Source: Patescibacteria group bacterium (GTDB taxonomy: Bacteria > Patescibacteriota > Patescibacteriia > UBA9570). Taken from it: a DNA stretch of 64,000 nt. The position numbers were made by a program, and so were the translations under genes. The number at the start of each line of letters is the position of its first letter. The stretch's first letter is position 1. Of this stretch, positions 28,193 through 36,901 are shown one piece after another. The DNA lies in contig JBAYIY010000003.1 of the NCBI GenBank assembly GCA_041665365.1, forward strand, positions 4,260-68,259, read 5' to 3'. Under the pieces are notes generated by a model. The model was not told the origin of the DNA. It saw only the letters and a program-made list of their open reading frames with translations, and searched no databases.

Positions 28193-30230
28193 ATTCCTCT
28201 TGCACCAGTTCTTTGGGTATATCCTTTAAAAATCTCGATGGGGCAGTAATTTGAGTAGCCCCATAGACCGTGCGCTGGGCAGCATAAATAAAATAGGCAC
28301 GGCGCTTAGCACGAGTCAGAGCGACATAACACAAGCGGCGTTCTTCTTCCATTTCAGCGGGTTGAAAAATACTGCGGGCATGGGGAAACAAACCTTCTTC
28401 CATACCACAAATAAACACCGTATCAAATTCTAAACCTTTGGCTGCATGCACTGTCATCATATTAACCGCATTAGAGTCATCATTAACCTCGTCTTGATCT
28501 GACACTAAGGTGATATCTTCCAACATGGCTATAATACCATCGGCTCCTAATTTATTATCAAACCGTTTGGTCACCGATTTTAATTCATCAATATTTTCTA
28601 GTCGGCTCAAGTCTTCCGGTAATTTAGTATTATATTGATCTTTGAAGTGGGTTAGTGACACAATTAGATCTAATGATTCAGATGGCGTTAGGGTAGAAAT
28701 TTTTTGGTTGATGGTTTTCATTAGATTTTGAAATTTCAAAAATGCCTCATGTTGTTGGGTGCGTAGTTCAGGTAACGAATCAGGTGTAATGTCTAAATAG
28801 GTGACACCTAAACTGCGGCACTGGGCTTCAATTTTTTTCCAACTATTCGCACCCAAACTGCGCGCTGGTACATTCACAATTCGTTCCACACTCACCCAAT
28901 CTTGGGGGTTAACCACTGATCTTAAATATGCTACCAAATCTTTAATTTCCCGCCGTTCATAAAATTTAATACCACCAATAATGTGATACGGTATATTATA
29001 GCGTAAAAAAGTTTCTTCTAAGGCACGGGATTGAGCATTAGTGCGATACAGTAACACATATTTACGTAAATCAATTTGATGTAATTGTTTTTGAATCGTG
29101 CGTTGTAAAGAAAATGTTTGGCTGGACATGATTTTATCTAATATTCCCGGGGTTGGTTGGGCATCTTCATCAATATAATGTACCTCATCCTGTTCGGTGA
29201 CTGTTTGGGTGGGATTGAATATTTCTTGAATGATATATTCACCTTCTTGTTTTTCATCGCTCACGGCTTTGATGGTGATTTTGTGGCCGCGCTCATTGTC
29301 TGTCCATAGGGCTTTGTCTTTTTGTTTGACATTATATTTAATAATTTCATTGGCGGCTTCTAGAATATGTTGGGTGGATCGATAATTTTGCTCTAATAAT
29401 ATTACAGTGGGGTTTTTATAATCGGTTTCAAAATCCAAAATATTTTGTAGATTAGCACCTCTCCAACTATAGATGGATTGTGCATCATCCCCGACCACAC
29501 AGATGTTATGATATTTTTCCGCTAGCAGGTGGACTAATTTATACTGCGCCTGATTAGTATCTTGATATTCATCCACTAATATATAATGAAAAGCCTCTTG
29601 GTATTTTTTTAATACTTCAGGGTAGTCAGTAAAAATCCGCACAGTTAAACCAATTAGATCATCAAAGTCTAAAGCATTATGATCTTGTAAGGCCTTTTGG
29701 TAAGTGTTATAAACCCCGGCCGCCGTGCGTTCCATGACATTACCGGCTTGAGTGGAAAAATCGGCTGGGGAGATTAAATCATTTTTAGCTTGAGAAATCA
29801 TGTGTTTCATTAAACCTGGTGCAATCACTTTAGTATCTAGACCTTGATCTTTCATCACTTTTTTTATGAGAGAATCGGTATCTGCTGTGTCATAGATCAC
29901 AAAAGTCTTTTTGTAACCCAATGACTCTATTTCACGTCTAAGAATTTGGACACAGACCGAATGAAACGTTCCCATGATGGGATAATATTTAATCTTACTA
30001 CCCAAGAGTTTTTGTAAACGCGTGCGCATTTCTTTAGCTGCTTTATTGGTAAAGGTAACAGCTAAAATATTTTGTGGGGCGGCTTTTTTCTTGGCAATAA
30101 TATAGGCCATGCGGTGAATCAAAGTTTTAGTTTTACCGGAACCAGCGCCTGCCAAAATTAACACCGGCCCATCCGTGGCTTCCACCGCCGCGCGTTGTTT
30201 ATCATTTAATGAAGCTAACAATTCATGCAT
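28191..30230 (-). CDS. uvrD: ATP-dependent DNA helicase UvrD/PcrA family
   Basis: SF1 helicase motifs (..LILAGAGSGKTKTLIHR.., ..VTFTNKAAKEM..); 679 aa. Confidence 0.9.
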   Translation of the reverse strand: MHELLASLNDKQRAAVEATDGPVLILAGAGSGKTKTLIHRMAYIIAKKKAAPQNILAVTFTNKAAKEMRTRLQKLLGSKIKYYPIMGTFHSVCVQILRREIESLGYKKTFVIYDTADTDSLIKKVMKDQGLDTKVIAPGLMKHMISQAKNDLISPADFSTQAGNVMERTAAGVYNTYQKALQDHNALDFDDLIGLTVRIFTDYPEVLKKYQEAFHYILVDEYQDTNQAQYKLVHLLAEKYHNICVVGDDAQSIYSWRGANLQNILDFETDYKNPTVILLEQNYRSTQHILEAANEIIKYNVKQKDKALWTDNERGHKITIKAVSDEKQEGEYIIQEIFNPTQTVTEQDEVHYIDEDAQPTPGILDKIMSSQTFSLQRTIQKQLHQIDLRKYVLLYRTNAQSRALEETFLRYNIPYHIIGGIKFYERREIKDLVAYLRSVVNPQDWVSVERIVNVPARSLGANSWKKIEAQCRSLGVTYLDITPDSLPELRTQQHEAFLKFQNLMKTINQKISTLTPSESLDLIVSLTHFKDQYNTKLPEDLSRLENIDELKSVTKRFDNKLGADGIIAMLEDITLVSDQDEVNDDSNAVNMMTVHAAKGLEFDTVFICGMEEGLFPHARSIFQPAEMEEERRLCYVALTRAKRRAYFIYAAQRTVYGATQITAPSRFLKDIPKELVQEE

Positions 30231-30311
30231 AGACTGGATAGCATAGCATTACTTTAATTTCATTGACAAATTCACCCGATAGTATTAAATAATCTGACAT
30301 CTGGAGGGAAG

Positions 30312-30629
30312 ATGAAAGAAAAGAGGGGACGCGGTCGGCCTTCTATGGGCAATGAAGCCCGAAACGTCAACGCGGTGGCGAGAGTCACCGCAATGACGTT
30401 GGAAAAGGTTGACCAGGCCGCTGCAGCAGCCGGTGTGTCACGTTCCACCTGGATCGCCGACACCATCGAGCGGGCGTTGTACCCGCCCGTCGTCGGCGAA
30501 GATTGTACTGGGCTCCCGGGTGAGCCCGAGGACAATCACGTCGACCTTGGAGTCGACGTTTCAATTTGTGAGGGAGAGTGTATGGGAGAAGAAACTCCCA
30601 TTCGCTATCTTGATAATGATGAGGAATAG
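30312..30629 (+). CDS. ribbon-helix-helix (CopG/Arc-like) DNA-binding protein encoded in a GC-rich (~58%) foreign segment
   Basis: ..RGRPSMGNEARNVNAVARVTAMTLEKVDQAAAAAGVSRSTWIADTIERAL.. matches the RHH pattern; the frame was chosen on that basis because all six frames are open in this GC-rich stretch. Confidence 0.5.
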   Translation: MKEKRGRGRPSMGNEARNVNAVARVTAMTLEKVDQAAAAAGVSRSTWIADTIERALYPPVVGEDCTGLPGEPEDNHVDLGVDVSICEGECMGEETPIRYLDNDEE

Positions 30630-30677
30630 GCTTGGGTTGAGTACAAAACACTCCCCAAGCCTAAGTTACATAGTGTA

Positions 30678-30706
30678 TTGACACTGTCATGACAGTATGA
30701 TATGGT
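30678..30706 (+). promoter_or_regulatory. candidate promoter TTGACA-17-TATGGT with embedded 12-bp palindromic operator CTGTCATGACAG; positioned for a leaderless dinJ transcript
   Basis: Hexamers and palindrome read directly; start codon at 30713. Confidence 0.4.
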
Positions 30707-30712
30707 GGGTGT

Positions 30713-30997
30713 ATGAACAACATGGATACAATTCAAATTAGAATTGACACAAAAACCAAACAATCCGCTCAGCATGTGTTAGATGAGTTGGGATTAGATA
30801 TGACCTCAGCTATTCGGGTTTATTTAAAACAAATCGTTTTGCAAACTAGTTTACCTTTACGTTTGTTAACGAGTAATGGTTTAACACCAAATGAAGAGCA
30901 GGCTATTCTTGCCGCTTCAACTGAAGCGAAGACAGGGATGAATGTGACGAAACCAATGTCGGTTAAGGCAGCTCTAAAATATTTGGATACCTTATAA
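30713..30997 (+). CDS. dinJ: DinJ/RelB-family antitoxin
   Basis: 94 aa; ..IQIRIDTKTKQSAQHVLDELGLDMTSAIRVYLKQIV..SLPLRL.. matches DinJ; start/stop overlaps the toxin (ATAATG). Confidence 0.7.
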   Translation: MNNMDTIQIRIDTKTKQSAQHVLDELGLDMTSAIRVYLKQIVLQTSLPLRLLTSNGLTPNEEQAILAASTEAKTGMNVTKPMSVKAALKYLDTL

Positions 30998-31257
30998 TGT
31001 ACATTCAGTATCATAAAAAATTTGAGAAACGGTTTACCAAACTAACACCCCAACTCAAACAGAAAGTGAAAAAATGTATTGAACGGTTTGATCAAAATCC
31101 ATTTGATACCCAATTAAGGAATCATGCATTGACTGGAAAATTAATAGGTAAAAGAGCCATTTCTGTAATGGGTGACATGAGGATTATCTTTGAAGAGCAA
31201 AATAATTATGTTTTAGTTATAATGTTAGATGTCGGAACACATAATCAAGTTTATTAA
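30997..31257 (+). CDS. yafQ: YafQ/RelE-family mRNA interferase toxin
   Basis: 86 aa; ..HALTG...G.RA...GDMRIIFEE....VLVIMLDVGTHNQVY matches the YafQ C-terminus. Confidence 0.7.
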   Translation: MYIQYHKKFEKRFTKLTPQLKQKVKKCIERFDQNPFDTQLRNHALTGKLIGKRAISVMGDMRIIFEEQNNYVLVIMLDVGTHNQVY

Positions 31258-31268
31258 AAAATAAATAT

Positions 31269-31652
31269 ATGTACGACGATAACGACCCAAATATAACTTG
31301 GCAGGATCGGTGGGAAGGCGGCGCTCGAGAAGAACGTGTGCATTACCAACAAATGACACCAGATCAACTACTGCAGTGTCTGAACCAACATGATTTTGGT
31401 AGTTATTACAGTCTCTGGTATGTCATTGGAACACAAACCACGCAAGCTGATAAATTTATTTGGCCACTATATGACGTGATTGCCTCTTCGGCTGATTTTT
31501 TAACCCGTTATCATGCCGCTACTAATTTGGCTAAATTACTAAATTGGCCAGACGATCATTCCATTATTAAACAAATTAAATTAAGCCAAGAGCGCCCAAC
31601 TGTGGAGCTAGTAAGCAGTCTTAAAGAGGTATTGACACAAATACCCAAATAA
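31269..31652 (+). CDS. hypothetical protein
   Basis: ORF only; no recognisable motif. Confidence 0.3.
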   Translation: MYDDNDPNITWQDRWEGGAREERVHYQQMTPDQLLQCLNQHDFGSYYSLWYVIGTQTTQADKFIWPLYDVIASSADFLTRYHAATNLAKLLNWPDDHSIIKQIKLSQERPTVELVSSLKEVLTQIPK

Positions 31653-31673
31653 ACTAGTATCACCTCACTGTTT

Positions 31674-31898
31674 ATGAATCTTGCTTTGATTCTCTCAATC
31701 GCACAAGTTATCGTCGTCGTTATGCTGGTGGCAGCCGTGCTTTTGCAGCAAAAAGGCGTTGGGCTGGGTTCTAGTTTTGGTGGTGGTGATAGTGTGTTTA
31801 CGACCCGCCGTGGTCCTGAAAAAGTCATCTTTAATGCCACGATCGTTTTATCTAGTTTGTTCCTTGGGTTAGGCATTGCTGCCTTTCTTCTCCAATAG
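31674..31898 (+). CDS. secG: preprotein translocase subunit SecG
   Basis: 74 aa; two TM helices; ..LLQQKGVGLGSSFGGGDSVFTTRRGPEK.. is the SecG signature. Confidence 0.75.
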   Translation: MNLALILSIAQVIVVVMLVAAVLLQQKGVGLGSSFGGGDSVFTTRRGPEKVIFNATIVLSSLFLGLGIAAFLLQ

Positions 31899-31930
31899 AA
31901 TTCAATAGTTTTTTTATCAAATAATTTTGT

Positions 31931-33679
31931 ATGTCTGAAAATCGTCAATCACGATTAGTACTCGGTGTGCCTAAACGACGGCTGCCAACCATGGCGCAAT
32001 TGCGCTATATCAACAACTTACTAACCTTCAAACAACAAATCACAGTGTTGCTTTGTTCAGTTGTATTTGTGGCCGCATTAATTTTTATGGGGGTATATCG
32101 TTATTTAAGTACGACTCATGTTATACCTGAGTATGGCGGTTCATACGTGGAAGCGTTAGTTGGACAGCCACAATATATCAATCCGATTTTGGCGCAAACG
32201 AATGATGTTGATCAAGATTTATCACGCTTGATGTTTTCCGGTATGTTTAGGCAAACTAAAGAGCAGAAACTCGAACCTGATTTAGTCACCGCTTACACTA
32301 TTTCTGACGATCAACTAACTTACACTTTTACAATTCGGCAAGACGCTAAATGGCATGATGGTGAAGCGCTCACCGCCAGCGATGTTATGTTTACCATTCA
32401 AGCCATTCAGGATCCAAATTATCAGAGCCCATTAGAGTCAAGTTTAAGAGGTGTGCAAGCTGAGAAAGTTGATGACAACACTATCAAGCTAACCTTAAAA
32501 GAGCCATTTGCACCATTTTTATCTAGTTTAACTTTTGGTATTTTACCTGAACATATTTGGTTTGATGCTTACAAAGTATCTTCACAAAATATTACCCTAT
32601 CTGAATACAACATCAGACCGATTGGTTCTGGACCATTTATGTTTGATTCGTTAGTCAAAGATGGTAGCGGTGTATTAAAATCATATAAGTTAAAACCGTT
32701 TAAACAGTACTATGGTCAAAAACCATATCTCTCCGCGCTGAGTTTTTCATTTTATAGTGATTTAGATTCAGCCGAGCAAGCCTTACAGCATAAAGAAGTT
32801 GATGGCCTCGGTTTTATAACTCCAGAACAAAAAATTACACTACAAAATAAAGTAAATAATCTTAATTATTACCGTTTACAATTACCCCAATACACAGCGA
32901 TTTTCTTTAATCAAAAGAAATCTGATGTCTTAGCGTCTGACTCGGTGCGTCAAGCGATGGTGTGGGGAGTTGATCGTACCACTATTATTGATCAGGCTCT
33001 CAGTGGTGAAGGCGAGCCGATTTATACACCAATTTTACCGGGTTATTTAGGCTATAATACTGAAGTTGAAAAATATGGCTTTGATTTAGAAAAAGGTAAA
33101 CAAATCTTAGAAGACAATGATTGGAAAATACCAGAAGGTGAGCAATACAGAAAAAAGGGCGATCAAGTATTAGAATTTGGTATTGCCACAGTTAATCAAC
33201 CGGAATTTTTGGCGACACTTAAAGTGCTGCAAGATAATTGGGCAGCTATGGGCATGAAAGTAAACGTTAATGTCTATGAACCAGCCGATATCCAAGAACA
33301 GATTATCAAACCACGTGCTTACGAAGCGCTCTTGTTTGGTGCGATCATCGGGAGTGATCCTGATCCATATGCTTTTTGGCATTCCACGCAAATGTCTCAT
33401 CCTGGTTTAGCTTTGGCCGTGTTTTATCAAAAAAATATCGACGATTTATTGGAAACCGCGCGTAAAACCAGTGATGAAGAACAACGGCGGTTAAAATATT
33501 TTAACTTTCAAAACATTTTAGCAGAAGAAATTCCGGCCATATTCTTATACAATCCTTATTATACCTACGCTATGAACAATAGTGTTAAAGGTATCACTTC
33601 ACAATATATTTCACTACCCTCCGATCGGTTTGTGGATATCCTTAACTGGCATATCAAAACCAAACGGATTAAAAATTAA
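31931..33679 (+). CDS. ABC transporter substrate-binding protein, family 5 (oligopeptide/nickel-type), N-terminally membrane-anchored
   Basis: N-terminal TM anchor; ..NPILAQTNDVDQDLSRLMFSGMF.. resembles the SBP_bac_5 signature region; ~580 aa. Confidence 0.6.
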   Translation: MSENRQSRLVLGVPKRRLPTMAQLRYINNLLTFKQQITVLLCSVVFVAALIFMGVYRYLSTTHVIPEYGGSYVEALVGQPQYINPILAQTNDVDQDLSRLMFSGMFRQTKEQKLEPDLVTAYTISDDQLTYTFTIRQDAKWHDGEALTASDVMFTIQAIQDPNYQSPLESSLRGVQAEKVDDNTIKLTLKEPFAPFLSSLTFGILPEHIWFDAYKVSSQNITLSEYNIRPIGSGPFMFDSLVKDGSGVLKSYKLKPFKQYYGQKPYLSALSFSFYSDLDSAEQALQHKEVDGLGFITPEQKITLQNKVNNLNYYRLQLPQYTAIFFNQKKSDVLASDSVRQAMVWGVDRTTIIDQALSGEGEPIYTPILPGYLGYNTEVEKYGFDLEKGKQILEDNDWKIPEGEQYRKKGDQVLEFGIATVNQPEFLATLKVLQDNWAAMGMKVNVNVYEPADIQEQIIKPRAYEALLFGAIIGSDPDPYAFWHSTQMSHPGLALAVFYQKNIDDLLETARKTSDEEQRRLKYFNFQNILAEEIPAIFLYNPYYTYAMNNSVKGITSQYISLPSDRFVDILNWHIKTKRIKN

Positions 33680-33686
33680 TGTTTTT

Positions 33687-35486
33687 ATGATGCAACAGCA
33701 GTCACATCCGCATTACTTTAGGCGGAAACCTCGCACTATTCAGCGCACAGTTAGTCGTGCTAATGGTGGGCAAAGATTTGTTCAATCACCCAGTGTCGCT
33801 CCGGTGGCAGTGGGCGTAGGCAAACATAAATTACGCGTCGCCATTGTCGGTGGCGCGGAAGAAGTTGGTCGTAATATGACCATGATTGAATATGGCAAAG
33901 ATGTCATATTAATCGATTGTGGTTTACAGTTCCCGGAAGAAGATCAACCGGGCATTGATTACATTATTCCTAATGTGTCATACCTGAAAGGTCGTGAGCA
34001 AGATGTTAAAGGGATCGTTATTACCCATGGTCATTATGATCATATTGGCGGTATACCACATCTGTCACCCGTCCTGCATCATCCACCGATTTACGGTACT
34101 AAACTAACCAACGGTATTATCATGAAGCGGCAGGATGATTTTCCAGATAAAGGCAAAATTGATTTACGGGAAATTAATCCAGATCAACCCATTCAGCTAG
34201 GGATATTTAAATTAGAATTTTTCCGGGTCAATCATAATATTCCAGATTGTGTTGGTATTATTGTGCATACACCAGAAGGCACTTTAGTGCATACTGGTGA
34301 TTTCAAGTTTGATTTACAACCCATCATGGATGAGATCACAGATTTTGCTAAAATGGCCGTGCTTGGTCAACAAGGTGTTTTAGCCTTGTTATCTGATTCA
34401 ACCAATGCTCCATCGGCTGGCCATCAGATTTCCGAAACGGTGATTGGTTATACCTTGGATGAAATTTTCCGCAAAGCTAAAGGGCGCGTAATTGTTGGTA
34501 CGTTTGCTTCACTGTTAAACCGGTTACAACAAGTCATTTGGATTTCGGAAAAGTATGGTCGTAAGATTGTCATTGAAGGTTTCAGCATGAAGAGTAACAT
34601 TGAAATTGCCAAAGAGCTAGGCTACCTGAAAGTGAATCCAAAAACTATTATCACGCCACAGGAAGCCGTGCGATTGCCAGAAGATAAACTCACTATTATG
34701 TGTACCGGCGCCCAAGGGGAGAGTAACGCGGCACTGATGCGCATTGCCACCCGTGAGCACAGATTTTTCCGGATCCAAAAAGGTGACATGGTGATCTTTT
34801 CCTCATCGGTCATTCCTGGCAACGAACGCACCGTGCAACGTTTAAAGGATACCTTACTGAAGGAAGGTGCTAAGGTGATTCATTACGAAATGATGGATGT
34901 GCATGCCGGTGGTCACGCCAAAGCCGAAGATTTGAAATTACTCTATACCTTACTAGATCCAAAATACATTGTGCCAGTGGAAGGTAATCGTTGTTTGTTG
35001 GAAGCCAATAAAACAGTAGCCCTCGAAATGAAATGGCCAGACGAGCATGTTTTCGTGACAACGAACGGTCAGATTATGGAATTTTCTGGTGGTGAAGGTA
35101 GATTAACCAAAGAAAAAATCCCCAGTGATTATGTGATGGTAGATGGGTTAGGTGTCGGTGATGTGCAAGAAGTGGTGCTACGTGATCGCCAATTAATGAG
35201 TGAAGATGGCATGTGCATTATTGTTGTGACGATTAAAACTCAAACCGGCGAAGTGATTGGCGCACCAGAAATTATCACGCGTGGGTTTATCAACATTAAA
35301 GATGCCAAACATTTAATTGATGAAACCCGTGAAAAAGTAAAACGCATTTGCCAGCAAAAACATCCTGAAGCGGCGGCCACTAATCCGCAATTCATTAAAA
35401 ACAAGTTACGTGATGATATCGGGCAATTCTTATTTCAACGCACCCAACGCCGTCCCATGATTTTACCGGTGGTGGTTGAGGTGTAA
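33687..35486 (+). CDS. rnj: ribonuclease J
   Basis: Metallo-beta-lactamase motif (ITHGHYDHIGG), beta-CASP and C-terminal domains. The start was moved to ATG 33687 because the ORF-track start overlaps the upstream gene. Confidence 0.85.
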   Translation: MMQQQSHPHYFRRKPRTIQRTVSRANGGQRFVQSPSVAPVAVGVGKHKLRVAIVGGAEEVGRNMTMIEYGKDVILIDCGLQFPEEDQPGIDYIIPNVSYLKGREQDVKGIVITHGHYDHIGGIPHLSPVLHHPPIYGTKLTNGIIMKRQDDFPDKGKIDLREINPDQPIQLGIFKLEFFRVNHNIPDCVGIIVHTPEGTLVHTGDFKFDLQPIMDEITDFAKMAVLGQQGVLALLSDSTNAPSAGHQISETVIGYTLDEIFRKAKGRVIVGTFASLLNRLQQVIWISEKYGRKIVIEGFSMKSNIEIAKELGYLKVNPKTIITPQEAVRLPEDKLTIMCTGAQGESNAALMRIATREHRFFRIQKGDMVIFSSSVIPGNERTVQRLKDTLLKEGAKVIHYEMMDVHAGGHAKAEDLKLLYTLLDPKYIVPVEGNRCLLEANKTVALEMKWPDEHVFVTTNGQIMEFSGGEGRLTKEKIPSDYVMVDGLGVGDVQEVVLRDRQLMSEDGMCIIVVTIKTQTGEVIGAPEIITRGFINIKDAKHLIDETREKVKRICQQKHPEAAATNPQFIKNKLRDDIGQFLFQRTQRRPMILPVVVEV

Positions 35487-35501
35487 AAAACACGAACCGT
35501 T

Positions 35502-35539
35502 GTCCGGTAGAGACATGCCATAGCATGTCTCTACCGGAC
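35502..35539. terminator. bidirectional terminator hairpin (17-bp perfect stem GTCCGGTAGAGACATGC / GCATGTCTCTACCGGAC)
   Basis: Lies between the convergent rnj and serpin genes; followed by an A-rich tract. Confidence 0.65.
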
Positions 35540-35547
35540 AAAAACAT

Positions 35548-36813
35548 TTATTTCAATGGATCAACCATTCTACCCATGAATAAAATATTTCCGCTTTGGT
35601 TGTCAAGAATAATAAAAACAAACGGATGATCAGCGCGAAACACCGGTATTTCAGTTTGTGCGGCTGACAATGACGTAGTTACACCAGTCGCAGCGGCAGC
35701 TTCAGTGCCGGCTTCATTTACATCAATAAACGCTTGATGAATGACCGATTGGATAAATAAATCTTTAGTTCCATCCATACCAGAAAAATCAGCGTTTGTA
35801 GAAAAAGCCGTTGGCATGCCCATGGCCTTTAAGGTGTCATTCAAAGTATATTTTGTATCCAGGGTGAATTTTGGTAGATAGACATCAACTAGTTGTTCAT
35901 TCAGGCTAGCTTTCCAAGCATCAAGTTGTTTTACAGAGAGTGATGATTCTAATATTGAGAGATCATTGGTTTTGGGTAGTAAAACCAACATCGATAATTG
36001 TTTACCTTGATAGGGGAGTTCAAGCACCTGAGTGGTAACATCAGCCACATAGCGAAATTTTGTTGCGGTGTTGGTTTGCTGCATCATGGGAACGCGCACA
36101 GTTTCAGTAGAGGAGATATTAAAATTCTCTTCGCTGGTGTCAGTTTGGTTAAACTGTGTTAACCACTCACCTTTAAAATATACCGCATTGGTTAATACCA
36201 ATTTGGTTATTTCAGAAATTGTACCATTCGGAAAAAGATCTTTAATTTTATCATTGGTTTTGTCTGCCACCCAGGTGTTAATAGTATTCCTGGATGCTTC
36301 TGGATTATTGGCAAAATCCAAATTGGTGGCTTCACCGCCAAAGTATTGGTGTACTGTATTTAAATAATCAGCCTGCAATTTATAATCTTGTTGTACCCAT
36401 AAAGCATTGGCGACATTAAATTGATAATCAGTGTTAGTAGTGGTCAGTCGATCATTCAGTGCTTGATAGGCAATGCGCCGATCAGTTTCATCAGTTGGAA
36501 ATTGAAAGACCGCTTGCATTTCTTTAGCAGTGTTACCTCGAGCGCCTTCATAAACCATGGCAAACGCTGTAGACAAACTATATGGGGAAAAGAACACATT
36601 ACCAGAATCATTTTTTAATTGATTATAAAGATTAAAGGCAAATCCATTATTTACATCAACCACGGCCGTAGCACAAGCCAAGGCTTTATTATTATTGGTT
36701 GTGGCACTGGGAGATTTAATAAATGGGTTGTTTTTACTAAAATAAATTAAAACATCAGCACAAACAATAGCAACTAGGGCAAGTACCATAATGACCAGAA
36801 TTTTCTTTTTCAT
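35548..36813 (-). CDS. serpin-family protease inhibitor with N-terminal signal anchor
   Basis: ..FFSPYSLSTAFAMVYEGARGNTAKEM.. and the C-terminal serpin signature ..FRADHPFVFIILD...GNILFMGRMVDP. Confidence 0.85.
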   Translation of the reverse strand: MKKKILVIMVLALVAIVCADVLIYFSKNNPFIKSPSATTNNNKALACATAVVDVNNGFAFNLYNQLKNDSGNVFFSPYSLSTAFAMVYEGARGNTAKEMQAVFQFPTDETDRRIAYQALNDRLTTTNTDYQFNVANALWVQQDYKLQADYLNTVHQYFGGEATNLDFANNPEASRNTINTWVADKTNDKIKDLFPNGTISEITKLVLTNAVYFKGEWLTQFNQTDTSEENFNISSTETVRVPMMQQTNTATKFRYVADVTTQVLELPYQGKQLSMLVLLPKTNDLSILESSLSVKQLDAWKASLNEQLVDVYLPKFTLDTKYTLNDTLKAMGMPTAFSTNADFSGMDGTKDLFIQSVIHQAFIDVNEAGTEAAAATGVTTSLSAAQTEIPVFRADHPFVFIILDNQSGNILFMGRMVDPLK

Positions 36814-36850
36814 AACCGTAATTCTATCCTAATGAAACCTACGATGCAAC

Positions 36851-36879
36851 TTGACGAAAGGGATTTTTTTTGCTACAAT
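36851..36879 (+). promoter_or_regulatory. candidate strong promoter TTGACG-17-TACAAT for the downstream giant surface-protein gene
   Basis: Hexamers read directly; they lie inside the first codons of the ORF-track call, which argues that the true start is downstream. Confidence 0.45.
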
Positions 36880-36901
36880 ACACCTTAATAATCCTTCAAT
36901 C

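Noticed and set aside
30385-30681. Alternative ORFs (30385..30651 minus, 30409..30681 plus, 30272..30535 minus) in the GC-rich segment
   Set aside because: High GC suppresses stop codons so all frames are open; only the 30312..30629 frame yields a recognisable (RHH) fold and sensible start context
33582-33686. ORF-track start of the RNase J gene, and likewise 13332 for the RodZ-like gene and 36851 for the giant surface protein
   Set aside because: These 5' extensions overlap the upstream genes or contain the predicted promoter; internal ATGs at 33687, 13467 and 36902 were preferred
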